From a virus, in the IMG/VR virus record IMGVR_UViG_3300023184_006193, positions 14,834 to 78,833 of that record: 64,000 nt of DNA; one strand, written 5' to 3'. Positions 39,175 to 49,092 of this stretch are shown here, one piece after another (within the stretch, counting starts at the first letter, position 1; the number at the start of each line of letters is the position of its first letter). The notes below the pieces were generated by a model, which was not told the DNA's origin, did not search any database, and saw nothing but the letters and a program-made list of their open reading frames with translations. The position numbers and the translations under genes are program-made.

Positions 39175-39940
39175 AAAAATTTTTCAATTCATCTAATTGA
39201 TTTTTTAAAGGTTTAATTTTAAAATCTGTTTTTAAACATTTATTTATGATTATTGTTTTTTTAGATATTATATCTTTTTTTAAATTATATACGTTATTTA
39301 TGAGTTTTAATAGATTATATTTAGTTATTTTTTCTGTTCCAATTTGTATGACTTTATCTTTTTCTTTCCAGTTTTTAACAATTGAAAATGCTTGGATTGA
39401 CCACTCTAAGGTAGTAATTCCATTCCAATAATGATTATGAAATCCATTAACTTTATCTTTTTGATTAAAAAACCATTCCATGAGAGATTTCTTTCCATAT
39501 ACTTCTGGACCAATAATAGAAGTTCTTAATTGTTTTACATTATTGAATTTTTCAAGAATTTTAGATATATATGCTTTACTTATTCCATAATCATCCTGTG
39601 CATCTTTTATATCATTTTTAGAATAAAATTTATTAACTTTTAAATCGCCAGAAAATTCACAATCCGTAGTTGGATGTAAAATTTTGCCATTAAAATTTTT
39701 AGCAAGAAATAAAGGCAAGTCAATATTTATTGATTTAAAATCTTCCCATTTATTATTTTTTTGTGGAATTGCGCCAATACAATTTATTAAAAAATTTGAT
39801 TTTGATTTTTTTATTAATGTTTTGAATTCTTCTGTAGGCCATCGATAGTCTATGGTTTCTATATTAATATTTTTTTTTAAGAAATACTTAACTACCATAT
39901 GTCCGAGCATACCTTTATGCCCCAGAATTAAAATTTTCAT
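39167..39940 (-). CDS. RmlD-like NDP-4-keto-6-deoxysugar reductase
   Basis: ILGHKGMLG, INCIG, HPTTDCEFSG, YGISK, LRTSIIGPE, WNGITTLE. Confidence 0.88.
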   Translation of the reverse strand: MKILILGHKGMLGHMVVKYFLKKNINIETIDYRWPTEEFKTLIKKSKSNFLINCIGAIPQKNNKWEDFKSINIDLPLFLAKNFNGKILHPTTDCEFSGDLKVNKFYSKNDIKDAQDDYGISKAYISKILEKFNNVKQLRTSIIGPEVYGKKSLMEWFFNQKDKVNGFHNHYWNGITTLEWSIQAFSIVKNWKEKDKVIQIGTEKITKYNLLKLINNVYNLKKDIISKKTIIINKCLKTDFKIKPLKNQLDELKNFYE

Positions 39941-40728
39941 CAAATAAATTCTCCAATTATTTTTCTAAAATCTGTTGTAGACATTCCAGTTTTATGTTGA
40001 AAATATTTTTGTGGATTATAACTTAATGCTTCCTTATTTTCTGAAAACAATTTTTTAATTGTCCTGGATACACCATGATAAACTGGAACATCTCCATTTA
40101 ATATGAATTTATAATTTTCATTCATTTTTAATAATCTATATGGAAAATAGTCATCCATGCAATGACCTGGATACCAATTTAAATCCCATCCATCAGTATA
40201 TCCATTAACTTTAAATAAATCCTCTGTTCTTAAAATTAAAGGATGTTGTCTGGAATAAGAGTCGTTTATTTTATAAAATCCATTTTTTGCTTTTTGATTG
40301 AATTTATCAAAAGTAGTTTCATCTATTTCTCCTAAATCATCAGATATAACATTTTTTTGATAGAGTGGATCATGATTACTTCTTTCAACAAGAACCGCGC
40401 ATGCTGTACATGGGTAATTTTTTTCAATAGTTTCTATAAGTTTTTTATCCCATCCTATAGAAAAAATCATATCATCATTTATTATGGCTGTATATTCATG
40501 CTTTATGAATGGAATAGTAAAATCTATTGCAAAGGATGCGCCAAGATTTTTTGGAGTATTTATGTATTCTAAATTAAAATCTTCACAAATTTTTATTGAT
40601 TCTGGATCTTTACCCTGAATTATTGGTATAATTTGCGTTTCTACAGTTGCAGATTTAATTAATGAATCTAGACAATTTTTTAAAAGAGCTGGAGATTTCC
40701 ATGTGCATACTGGTATTGTTAAATTCAT
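39940..40728 (-). CDS. GT2-family glycosyltransferase
   Basis: LKNCLDSL, KNLG, IINDDM...GWD, KVNGY, DDY. Confidence 0.82.
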   Translation of the reverse strand: MNLTIPVCTWKSPALLKNCLDSLIKSATVETQIIPIIQGKDPESIKICEDFNLEYINTPKNLGASFAIDFTIPFIKHEYTAIINDDMIFSIGWDKKLIETIEKNYPCTACAVLVERSNHDPLYQKNVISDDLGEIDETTFDKFNQKAKNGFYKINDSYSRQHPLILRTEDLFKVNGYTDGWDLNWYPGHCMDDYFPYRLLKMNENYKFILNGDVPVYHGVSRTIKKLFSENKEALSYNPQKYFQHKTGMSTTDFRKIIGEFI

Positions 40729-41529
40729 TTAGAAAAATTTTATATCCTTATCTTGATAAATATTATCTATAAAATATGGATGATTTTCCATTATTTTTGG
40801 ATGAGATAAATTAAAATCTTTTATTTCTACTGGTATTGTATATATACCATTTTCTTCTTTATAACCTTGATTATATAAGCTTTGATTCTCTGGGTGTTCA
40901 TTATCATAAAATTTCATTTTTAAATGAAATGATTGCGGGTTATTCTTTTTCACATAATTATAATGATAATATCTTATAGTATTGGGAAGAGTAATATATG
41001 AGTAGTTCGAAGCATAAGAGCAATGATTGGCTTCGATAAATTTTGCATTATCTTTTGGCCTAAAAACTCTAAAATATTCTCCATCATAATATTTTTTAAA
41101 AGAATTGCAAAAATTATATGAATTTAATCTTATTTCTTTAATATTATCATGATCTTTATAAAATTTTAAATAATTTAATGTTTCTTCTATTTCTTGGGTA
41201 TGATGAACTTCATCTGCGTCAATTAAGAACAACCAATCTGCATTTTCTTGTATAGCTATATTCATTGCGATTTGACAATGATCGTACTCCGTGTTTCCAT
41301 TCGCTTGTATTAGTTTATATTTTTTATCTAATTTTAAATACTTGTTAATTATATTATATGTTTTTTCATCTGATCTTTGGTTTGCGCCAGCAGTTTGTGC
41401 AGATTTCCATGATCCCTCTACAATATAAAGATCACCAGGAAAATGAATGACGCTTTCTAAAGCTTTATCTAAATATTCAAAATCATTAAATACCCTTAAA
41501 AAAGAAATTATTTTCATTTCCATTTCCAC
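40729..41529 (-). CDS. GT2-like glycosyltransferase
   Basis: YLDKALES, IVEG, DWLFLIDADE, YYHYNY. Confidence 0.8.
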   Translation of the reverse strand: MEMEMKIISFLRVFNDFEYLDKALESVIHFPGDLYIVEGSWKSAQTAGANQRSDEKTYNIINKYLKLDKKYKLIQANGNTEYDHCQIAMNIAIQENADWLFLIDADEVHHTQEIEETLNYLKFYKDHDNIKEIRLNSYNFCNSFKKYYDGEYFRVFRPKDNAKFIEANHCSYASNYSYITLPNTIRYYHYNYVKKNNPQSFHLKMKFYDNEHPENQSLYNQGYKEENGIYTIPVEIKDFNLSHPKIMENHPYFIDNIYQDKDIKFF

Positions 41530-42353
41530 CTATTCTCTAAATCTTCGCCAAATTGTAACACTTGACACCAATCTTTTCTAAACCATGGATATTCATCTGT
41601 TTTATGTAATTCTTGATGACTATAATGTTTTGTGTAATTTTTACCATTTGGTTGTGGGTTATATTTTTTATAGGATATTAAGTCTATGTTTAGATCTAAT
41701 AGATCTTGCATAAAAAAATCAAAATATTTTTTAATAAAATTAAATCCATCAGTTCCTCCGCCCATTTCGTGGCATCCTTCTGGATTATATTCAATTCCTC
41801 TTTTATTTAAATATTCTAAAATAACTTGTCTCTCTACAAATCCATTAATATTTTGTAAATTCCAATAAGCCTCAACATGTTCAATTTCTCCAAATAAAAG
41901 TTGATCTAGTATAAATTTAGATTCTTTCCAATCGTCCCAGCATAAACCAGAAAGTTTTTTTTCATCATTTAGTCTTAATTTAATTTTTTCAATGACGCTT
42001 TCTATTTTAGGAAAAAGTAAATCTGTTCTTATTTTGAATACATATTTAGGATTAAATTGTTTGATGACATGAATTGCATTTAATGTAGATATTTTTTGCA
42101 AATTACAATTACCTCTTCCTCGCTCTTGTGGGTATTTATTAATGATAGTTAATATGTCTTTTTGTTTTAAATACTCAAGAACATTGATTGGTGAGTCTTC
42201 CCATGTAGACCATATAACATTATTATACATTGAATAGTGATCAATGATTTTATATAGATCTGTATATGGTGTGCCTCCGATTTTAAAATCTACATCATTC
42301 CAAAAGGATGTACCTTGTACAATAAGCCATGTATCTTTTAAATCAATTTTCAT
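41514..42353 (-). CDS. WavE-like LPS biosynthesis protein
   Basis: LIVQG, VIWSTW, NCNLQKISTLNAI, KIRTD, D.LLFG. Confidence 0.7.
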   Translation of the reverse strand: MKIDLKDTWLIVQGTSFWNDVDFKIGGTPYTDLYKIIDHYSMYNNVIWSTWEDSPINVLEYLKQKDILTIINKYPQERGRGNCNLQKISTLNAIHVIKQFNPKYVFKIRTDLLFPKIESVIEKIKLRLNDEKKLSGLCWDDWKESKFILDQLLFGEIEHVEAYWNLQNINGFVERQVILEYLNKRGIEYNPEGCHEMGGGTDGFNFIKKYFDFFMQDLLDLNIDLISYKKYNPQPNGKNYTKHYSHQELHKTDEYPWFRKDWCQVLQFGEDLENRWKWK

Positions 42354-43065
42354 ATTTTGATAATAAATTTTCTTGATGAGGTCCTAATATGTATTCGTTG
42401 TTTGAATATCTGCAAGTTTCAAAATTAAAATCAAAGTACTCAATCTTTAATCCTAAAATTTGCACATACATAGATAATAACATTTCTGCATGAATTCCCA
42501 TTGGAGATATCTCCCATATGGTTCTTATGTTTGTATATAAATTACTAATTTTATTAGCTACTTCTGAATTTGAATACCAAAATAAATCGCATATACCAAA
42601 ATTCTGATTTGTATTAGGAAAATATATTGTATTTTCATTAATACTTGTTGGAATTATAAAATTTTCATGAAAATATATATCTGGTCTAGCTCTAACAACT
42701 AAATCATATTTAAAATTTTGGTGATTCTCTTCTATGGATTTAAGTAAATTGCATTTAAGTATTTTATAATACATTGACATTACTCTATCTATAATATGAA
42801 ATTTATTAGTTTCTAGCGCTGAATTTTTAAAATTATTTTTATATTCATTATTAAATACCTCTATTTCATATTTTAATGGAGATAACTCTTTTATTAAATC
42901 ATATGGAGAGGATTGATCGGGCCACATATGATCTTGATCTTGATCCCATAGGTATGTGCTTATGAAAATATCAAAATTATTATTTTTAATCAATTTATCA
43001 TAAAAATTGTTTTTAATTCTTTTATAAGTTCTTGGCATCCCAGATATGCATAATGCTGATTTCAT
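42343..43065 (-). CDS. Putative glycosyltransferase-like protein (ALCISG.PR...YD.V.R.RPD family)
   Basis: ALCISGMPR, DIFIST, SMYY, YDLVVRARPD, CD.F.Y. Confidence 0.6.
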   Translation of the reverse strand: MKSALCISGMPRTYKRIKNNFYDKLIKNNNFDIFISTYLWDQDQDHMWPDQSSPYDLIKELSPLKYEIEVFNNEYKNNFKNSALETNKFHIIDRVMSMYYKILKCNLLKSIEENHQNFKYDLVVRARPDIYFHENFIIPTSINENTIYFPNTNQNFGICDLFWYSNSEVANKISNLYTNIRTIWEISPMGIHAEMLLSMYVQILGLKIEYFDFNFETCRYSNNEYILGPHQENLLSKYEN

Positions 43066-43814
43066 ATATTTACATTTAAAATATTATTTGCATTTAATGT
43101 TCTAATTTTAAATTCTGGCCTAAGAGTTAAATACTGCCAATCAAAATTAAAATATTTTACATTAATATTATTCATATTAAGCCATACTTGAAGATGTTTC
43201 TCATTTGATGGTTCAGGTGCTACCCTATCTGCCACGATCTCTAAATTATAATATAAGTTACAAATTTTGTCCATTGTATTCGAATTAGCAATATAAACTA
43301 TATCGTTTATTTCCCCGCAATGTCCAAGTGGCATATAAACTGAGTTATTATCATTTTTAATTTGATTTAATAAATCTAATGTTAATACATCTTTAATAAA
43401 GACATCCGTGCGCCATTTTATAACTATATCATATTTAAAGTTTTTTTCAAATTCATATTGATTTTTGAGTTGATTCGATTTCCATACTTTATAATAAAAT
43501 GCAAAAAATCTTGCCCAATTATTCTTGTAATGAACTTGGGGTTGGTGAAAAATCTTTAAATATTTTTCGTTAGTGAAATTTTTTTCAATTTCATCGTTAT
43601 AAATCTCTTCATCATAAGATGTTGGATTATATAGGTTTATCATTTTTTTAAGATTTAAATTTTCTCCTTTACCGATCTCTTCTTCTTTCACTTGATTATC
43701 CCAACAACTTATAAAAGTATCGGCATTAAATTTATCTATAATAGATTCTTTAATAAATGGAAAAGATACGTCATATCTTCTTGTTAAGCCATGCAAAAGT
43801 AGCGCTACCTTCAT
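43062..43814 (-). CDS. Paralogue of the adjacent GT-like protein
   Basis: VALLLHGLTR, DTFISCW, YDIVIKWRTD, NDIVY. Confidence 0.6.
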   Translation of the reverse strand: MKVALLLHGLTRRYDVSFPFIKESIIDKFNADTFISCWDNQVKEEEIGKGENLNLKKMINLYNPTSYDEEIYNDEIEKNFTNEKYLKIFHQPQVHYKNNWARFFAFYYKVWKSNQLKNQYEFEKNFKYDIVIKWRTDVFIKDVLTLDLLNQIKNDNNSVYMPLGHCGEINDIVYIANSNTMDKICNLYYNLEIVADRVAPEPSNEKHLQVWLNMNNINVKYFNFDWQYLTLRPEFKIRTLNANNILNVNI

Positions 43815-44782
43815 AACAAGATATCTTTTATTCTATTTTTAATAGTCTCTTTTATTTCTATGTCTATTTCTTGTGGTAAATATTTTTTCTTAAATTCTTT
43901 AAATGAATCGTTTGAAAATATATAATGACAACAAATTTTAATTAGATCTTCTTTATTCTCTTGAGGATTAAACTCTGAGCTTACCCATTTCTTCCATTTG
44001 CCAGAATCAAAACACATTTGAAATAAAATATTTTTAGCATCTGCACCTAGATATTTTAATATTACAGAAGACTCTATAATGCCAAACTCTGGAGCAATAT
44101 TTATGCAGTCTAATCCTAGATTAAATTTTTCTTTTATAATTTCTGTTGATTGATAATCTCCATTATGCTCTTTTGATATTAAATTAAATTTTTTTGCTAC
44201 TTTAAGCATTTTAAGTAGTTTATCTTTATCATATTCCCCTGTATTTTTACCATCTTTTAATTTTGTGCCACATTGAATTACTAAGTATTTAATTTTATTA
44301 AATTGATTTTCTGTAACAAGTGATTTTACCTTGTCTACAAAAATCTCAAGTTCTTCTGGTGAAATTTCTCTAAGAGCTTGTTCCGTAGCAATTTCATAAT
44401 AAATATTGGCATTTGCAAATTCGCAAAATTTTAAATATTCTGCTGTTTTAATCGCAGCTTTATCTAGATCTTTATATTTTAAAAATGGATCTAAATGAAT
44501 AAAGTCAAAATACTTTGTATCATTATGAAATGAGGCAAAGGTGTCTTCATTATCAGATTTTCCTTGGCTTTCTCCACCATGATCTCTAAAAATTTTTATT
44601 TTATTAGTTTTAGATCTAACATATTCTGAAAATGTTTTAGAGTTAAAGTTTCCTACATATCCTCCATCATAATCAATTTGTCTTCTAGATGGAATTAGGC
44701 CTAATTCGATATTGTTTTCAATGCAAAATTCAATTGTTGCATCTATAGTATTTAATGATACTGGCCCTAAAAATAATTTCAT
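43811..44782 (-). CDS. GatZ/KbaZ-like TIM-barrel sugar-phosphate epimerase/aldolase
   Basis: IPSRRQIDYDGGY, RDHGG, HLDP, YEIATE, VIQCGT, KEHNGDY, NIAPEFG. Confidence 0.75.
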   Translation of the reverse strand: MKLFLGPVSLNTIDATIEFCIENNIELGLIPSRRQIDYDGGYVGNFNSKTFSEYVRSKTNKIKIFRDHGGESQGKSDNEDTFASFHNDTKYFDFIHLDPFLKYKDLDKAAIKTAEYLKFCEFANANIYYEIATEQALREISPEELEIFVDKVKSLVTENQFNKIKYLVIQCGTKLKDGKNTGEYDKDKLLKMLKVAKKFNLISKEHNGDYQSTEIIKEKFNLGLDCINIAPEFGIIESSVILKYLGADAKNILFQMCFDSGKWKKWVSSEFNPQENKEDLIKICCHYIFSNDSFKEFKKKYLPQEIDIEIKETIKNRIKDILL

Positions 44783-45459
44783 TTTATTCTTCTATAAATT
44801 CTTACTCCACCCCAATATTTTTGATTATCATATTCATCAATTATTAATTCAAATCCTTTATTTTCAATATCAAAATCTTCAATTCCTTTTATAACATTGA
44901 TATGAGTATCTTCTTGATCGCATTCTTCTGTTTTTGGTTGCTCTGTTCCGCCTTGAAATTTTGGAGAAGTATCGTGCAATCCTAAATATCCTCCAATTTT
45001 AACTTTATTGTGATATGCTCTAAGATCTTTTAATACGTGAATCCTACAATGGCAAGCGTCAATAAAAATAAAATGAAAATCATTGTTTAGAGAATCTATT
45101 ACAGATTTATCTGTAGATTTACCATCTATAAAATGCATATCTGTTTCATTAAAAAATCTAGGATCATATCCATGAAGTTTGCTGTCAACTCCATATGCTT
45201 GAGTATTATTCTTTTTAATTGCTTCTAAATATAAATGCATTGATTTAAGAAAATGCCCATGAGCGGTTCCTACTTCCAATATATTCCATTGTTCTTGACT
45301 AAAATAATCGGCAGTTAATTTTAATGCTGTTGATACGGCAACCCAATCTCCAGGTGGATTGGAGTCTAAATGTTGAATTTTTAATGAATTATCTATGATA
45401 TTGAAATCTAATTCTTTTGATGAATAAAAGGAATATTCGCCATTATATATTAAGTTCAT
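44779..45459 (-). CDS. Class I SAM methyltransferase (Methyltransf_24-like)
   Basis: ILEVGTAHG, YGVD, FIFIDACH, GGYLGLHD. Confidence 0.88.
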   Translation of the reverse strand: MNLIYNGEYSFYSSKELDFNIIDNSLKIQHLDSNPPGDWVAVSTALKLTADYFSQEQWNILEVGTAHGHFLKSMHLYLEAIKKNNTQAYGVDSKLHGYDPRFFNETDMHFIDGKSTDKSVIDSLNNDFHFIFIDACHCRIHVLKDLRAYHNKVKIGGYLGLHDTSPKFQGGTEQPKTEECDQEDTHINVIKGIEDFDIENKGFELIIDEYDNQKYWGGVRIYRRIK

Positions 45460-47030
45460 GGATTATTATATGAATCTGTTGTGTTAATGTATAAATTATA
45501 TTTTCCAAAATAATATAAAAATAAACTCAATGGATATTCATGAAGCGGAGACATATTTAGCCAAATAAGAGAGGTTAAGATATTTATCTTTTTTTGATTT
45601 AAGTTATTGTTTTTTATGAATATATTAAATATTTTTTGACAATCACATAGATTATTGCTTCTTAAGATATCGCAAAATATTTTATTATTTTCATTTTTTA
45701 TAAAAAATAAATTCTTGTTAATAATATCATGATTTAATACTAAGCTATGGTTTAATTTTGCTAAATCATAATATTTATCACCATATTCGATATTACCACC
45801 GAAATCTTGTCTCCAATCAATAAGTTTAAATTTATTTTTATTATAAATAATATTATCTAAGATAAAATCTCCATGAAATTTAGAAGCTTCGTCATTGCAT
45901 AATGATTCAAAATCTATGGATTTTATTAAATCTAAAGTTTTTGGTATTTTAATCCCGTTAATTGTTTCTTCGTTATCTAATATATTATGCTTTATTAATG
46001 TCTTATTTACTCTTTCTATAGTTTTGTCTTTATAAAAAAATTGACATATTTTTTTAAACTCTATTCCTGCGTCAGCTTTTATCCAAAGATTATCTTTAGC
46101 GAAATTTAATAATTTATTGAACTTTTGAGTATCTATTACTTTTGATAAAACTTCACCATTTGCTATTGAATATTTATAGAAATTATTTTTATAGGCTAAA
46201 ATTTCTGGACATGTATCGTTTAAATGTCTTACTCTTAAAACTCTATTTTTACAAATCTTTTCATCATGAAAAAATTTTATAACAAATTTATCAAAAATAA
46301 AAATTGATTCATCTGATTTATCTAGGATTTCAAATTTATCTTTACATTTTTTTCTAGATTCATTTAGGGAATCAACGTTTCCAATATCTAACCAAGAATT
46401 AAATTCTTTATAAGTAAAGTCTTTTTCCTTAAGCATTTCTTCTATTACATGACAATCTGATAATGAATTATCATTTTTTCTTTTATTTAAAATATCATCT
46501 AAAATTTTCCAAAAAAGTTTATAATCTTTAATCCCACATAGACCTATATAGTCGTAATCATAATTAATTTGACCCTTTTCATTAATTCTTACTATTTTAT
46601 TTTTTTGAATATCAAAACTCCTGTATTGTGCGGAGTTTTTTTGTTTTGCTCCAGCAAGCCAATTTTGATTTAAATTGGGAATTTTTTCAGTAATGATTGT
46701 ATCGCTTGCATTAAAAATAAATTTACATTGTAAATATTTCTTGGCACAACTAATTGAATATAATAGACTGCTACCTTCTCCTTCATATTTATCTACTCTA
46801 ACAAATTCAAATTTTTTGCTAGGATAGGCTAGTGTTAAGAAATCTTTTACTTGATCGCCAAAATGACCTAATGTTACAACTATTGTTATATCGTCTGGAT
46901 AGCTTTCAACAATATATGATAAAGCTGGTTTTTTTCCAATCCTTACTAGGGATTTATTTGTAAATTTTGTTAAATCACCTAATCTGCTACCTATTCCACT
47001 TGTTGTTACTAATACTTTATAGTCTGCCAT
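45456..47030 (-). CDS. Fused nucleotidyltransferase and APH/choline-kinase-like phosphotransferase
   Basis: N-terminal SGIGSRL.DLTKFTNKSL and WLDIGN; C-terminal HGDFILDNII, LIDWR, YYDLAKL. Confidence 0.88.
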   Translation of the reverse strand: MADYKVLVTTSGIGSRLGDLTKFTNKSLVRIGKKPALSYIVESYPDDITIVVTLGHFGDQVKDFLTLAYPSKKFEFVRVDKYEGEGSSLLYSISCAKKYLQCKFIFNASDTIITEKIPNLNQNWLAGAKQKNSAQYRSFDIQKNKIVRINEKGQINYDYDYIGLCGIKDYKLFWKILDDILNKRKNDNSLSDCHVIEEMLKEKDFTYKEFNSWLDIGNVDSLNESRKKCKDKFEILDKSDESIFIFDKFVIKFFHDEKICKNRVLRVRHLNDTCPEILAYKNNFYKYSIANGEVLSKVIDTQKFNKLLNFAKDNLWIKADAGIEFKKICQFFYKDKTIERVNKTLIKHNILDNEETINGIKIPKTLDLIKSIDFESLCNDEASKFHGDFILDNIIYNKNKFKLIDWRQDFGGNIEYGDKYYDLAKLNHSLVLNHDIINKNLFFIKNENNKIFCDILRSNNLCDCQKIFNIFIKNNNLNQKKINILTSLIWLNMSPLHEYPLSLFLYYFGKYNLYINTTDSYNNP

Positions 47031-47364
47031 AATCGTCTTGAACCCTGATAACGTCATCTAAATGATTTGTTGAGCATTCTAAATATAGGGCATCAGTAAT
47101 ACCTTCCATTCTATGCACCATTTTAGTTGGAACACAAAAATGATCTCCAGGATTTAATTCTATTATATTTAAATTATCTTTATCGTTTCCATAATAGAAT
47201 CTTAATTTTCCTTCTAAAACAATAAACGTCTCATGTTTAAAATCGTGATATTGTAAACTGCACTTCTTATCTTTACGCATCAATAATCTTTTTACTACAT
47301 AAAATTGATTTTGTTCCAATAACTCTTCGTATCCCCAGGGTTTTTCTATTTTAGATATTAACAT
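47017..47364 (-). CDS. Cupin (type II phosphomannose isomerase-like)
   Basis: IEKPWGYE, SLQYH..KHET, VHR, DDVIRVQDDYGR. Confidence 0.88.
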   Translation of the reverse strand: MLISKIEKPWGYEELLEQNQFYVVKRLLMRKDKKCSLQYHDFKHETFIVLEGKLRFYYGNDKDNLNIIELNPGDHFCVPTKMVHRMEGITDALYLECSTNHLDDVIRVQDDYGRL

Positions 47365-47704
47365 TTTTAATTCCTTCATTTCTTTTTAAATTAAACGCAA
47401 TAGCAGTATCATCTTCTGATGATACTTTCTTGTCATTTATTAAAATTCTTTTTCCATTTCCTACTCCCATTATTAGTAGATCATAAAAAATCCCAGCTTT
47501 TGATAATTGATTTTCTGTATATTTTCTTACGCCCTCTCTCCTGCCTGTTAATAATATTAGTCTATACCCTTTTCTATCCCATTCTTTTAATTTTTCTAAA
47601 GTACCATCCAGTAGATTTAAATCATCAATATGTTGTTTGCATATATCTCCTTTGTGCTCAATTAAAGTTCCATCGATATCGCAAATAATTGTATTTGGGC
47701 CCAT
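47351..47704 (-). CDS. HAD-superfamily phosphatase (capsule-biosynthesis type)
   Basis: CDIDGTL, LLTGR, YDLLIMG, INDK. Confidence 0.88.
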   Translation of the reverse strand: MGPNTIICDIDGTLIEHKGDICKQHIDDLNLLDGTLEKLKEWDRKGYRLILLTGRREGVRKYTENQLSKAGIFYDLLIMGVGNGKRILINDKKVSSEDDTAIAFNLKRNEGIKNVNI

Positions 47705-47705
47705 A

Positions 47706-48326
47706 TTATTCTTTCATTCTGCATGCCCAAACAGCTTTAGATAATTCTTCTTGCATGAAGGGTTTAAGATTGTATTTTTCACATGCTCCAGTTATGTCTG
47801 ATTCTTTTATTTCTTGACCATCCCATATTTTGCCTTTAAAATTTGTTTCAAAATTTTCTACTGTATCTATATAATCATGAGCCAATATAATGTCTCCACT
47901 TTTTAGAAATTCAGAAAATAAATTAAATTCTACTTTTTTATCTCCTCCATCACAAAATACAATAGATGTGCCTTCCATTTGAATAAGATTTTTAACATTT
48001 TTAATCGTTTCTTCTTCGAAAATATTAGCTTGTATAAATTTTATATCTAGGGATTTTATAAGTTCTCTTCCATCTTTCGTATCGCCATCTCTACCTGATA
48101 AGTTCCAATCTGTAAAATCATAAGTATACAATTCACAATTATTAGGTACGATTGGATGTTTTTTTAAGAAAACCGTGAAACCTCCACAGCATGTACCGAG
48201 TTCTATAATTCTTGATGGTAGTTTATTTAATTCTTTTAGTTTATTGAAAAATTTATCAAATGCTTTGAACATATTAACTGATTGACCTGCATGTAAACCT
48301 TCTATAATTTGTGGTTGAAAACTCAT
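47706..48326 (-). CDS. SAM methyltransferase (CmcI/Methyltransf_24-like)
   Basis: IIELGTCCGG, TYD, FCDGG, LKSGDIILAHD. Confidence 0.82.
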   Translation of the reverse strand: MSFQPQIIEGLHAGQSVNMFKAFDKFFNKLKELNKLPSRIIELGTCCGGFTVFLKKHPIVPNNCELYTYDFTDWNLSGRDGDTKDGRELIKSLDIKFIQANIFEEETIKNVKNLIQMEGTSIVFCDGGDKKVEFNLFSEFLKSGDIILAHDYIDTVENFETNFKGKIWDGQEIKESDITGACEKYNLKPFMQEELSKAVWACRMKE

Positions 48327-48335
48327 TTTACTCCT

Positions 48336-49088
48336 TTATTTTTTCTTTAATACAACAAGATTTAATGGACAAAGGTCTGTTCCTTCTAGGGTTTCTAAAT
48401 TTTGTTGTAAAAAATTATAGTCGATTTTTTCTGGAGATATTAATTCTACTTCTAATAAATTTTCATTTTGCTTTATAAACGATAAGTATGATTCTAAATT
48501 CCAATTATTTTGCCCAGTTATTTGTTCGAATAAAATAATATATCCATTTTTATTTAATTTTGGAAATATAGTGCTTGTTATAGATAGGCTATCGTGAATC
48601 CCTTCTGGAGCACCAATGCCAATATGCTGAAACACATAAGAAGAAAATATAAGATCATATTTATTTTTTAAAATTTCATGATCGATCTCTTGAGATGTAT
48701 AATGAGTTTCTTTTGAATTCTTCCAGTATTTATTGTTATAAAATAAATTTAAGGCTTCTTTCGATATGTCAAATCCAAAATATTTTATATGCTTTGTATT
48801 ATACTCTTCTTTTCCAAAAAATTGAGCATTTCTTCCGCACCCACAACCAATTTCTAAAACATTTTTGGATCTATCTATTAGATCTCCATAGAATTTTGTA
48901 AGTTTTTTTTGTTTAAAATCTATTGGCGTAAAAGTTGGATGTCTAATAGAATGTATAGCATCTTCAAAGTCTTTATATAAAGTTTGGTATGGTATTCCTT
49001 TATCGCTGTCTAAGTCAAAATTAATAAATTCAGATTTTTCATAAGGATCATTTTTATCTAAATTATTTGTTAGGTTTTTTAATTTCAT
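48336..49088 (-). CDS. Class I SAM methyltransferase
   Basis: VLEIGCGCGR, GFDIS, YDLIFSSYVFQH, LNKNG. Confidence 0.9.
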   Translation of the reverse strand: MKLKNLTNNLDKNDPYEKSEFINFDLDSDKGIPYQTLYKDFEDAIHSIRHPTFTPIDFKQKKLTKFYGDLIDRSKNVLEIGCGCGRNAQFFGKEEYNTKHIKYFGFDISKEALNLFYNNKYWKNSKETHYTSQEIDHEILKNKYDLIFSSYVFQHIGIGAPEGIHDSLSITSTIFPKLNKNGYIILFEQITGQNNWNLESYLSFIKQNENLLEVELISPEKIDYNFLQQNLETLEGTDLCPLNLVVLKKK

Positions 49089-49092
49089 ATGA

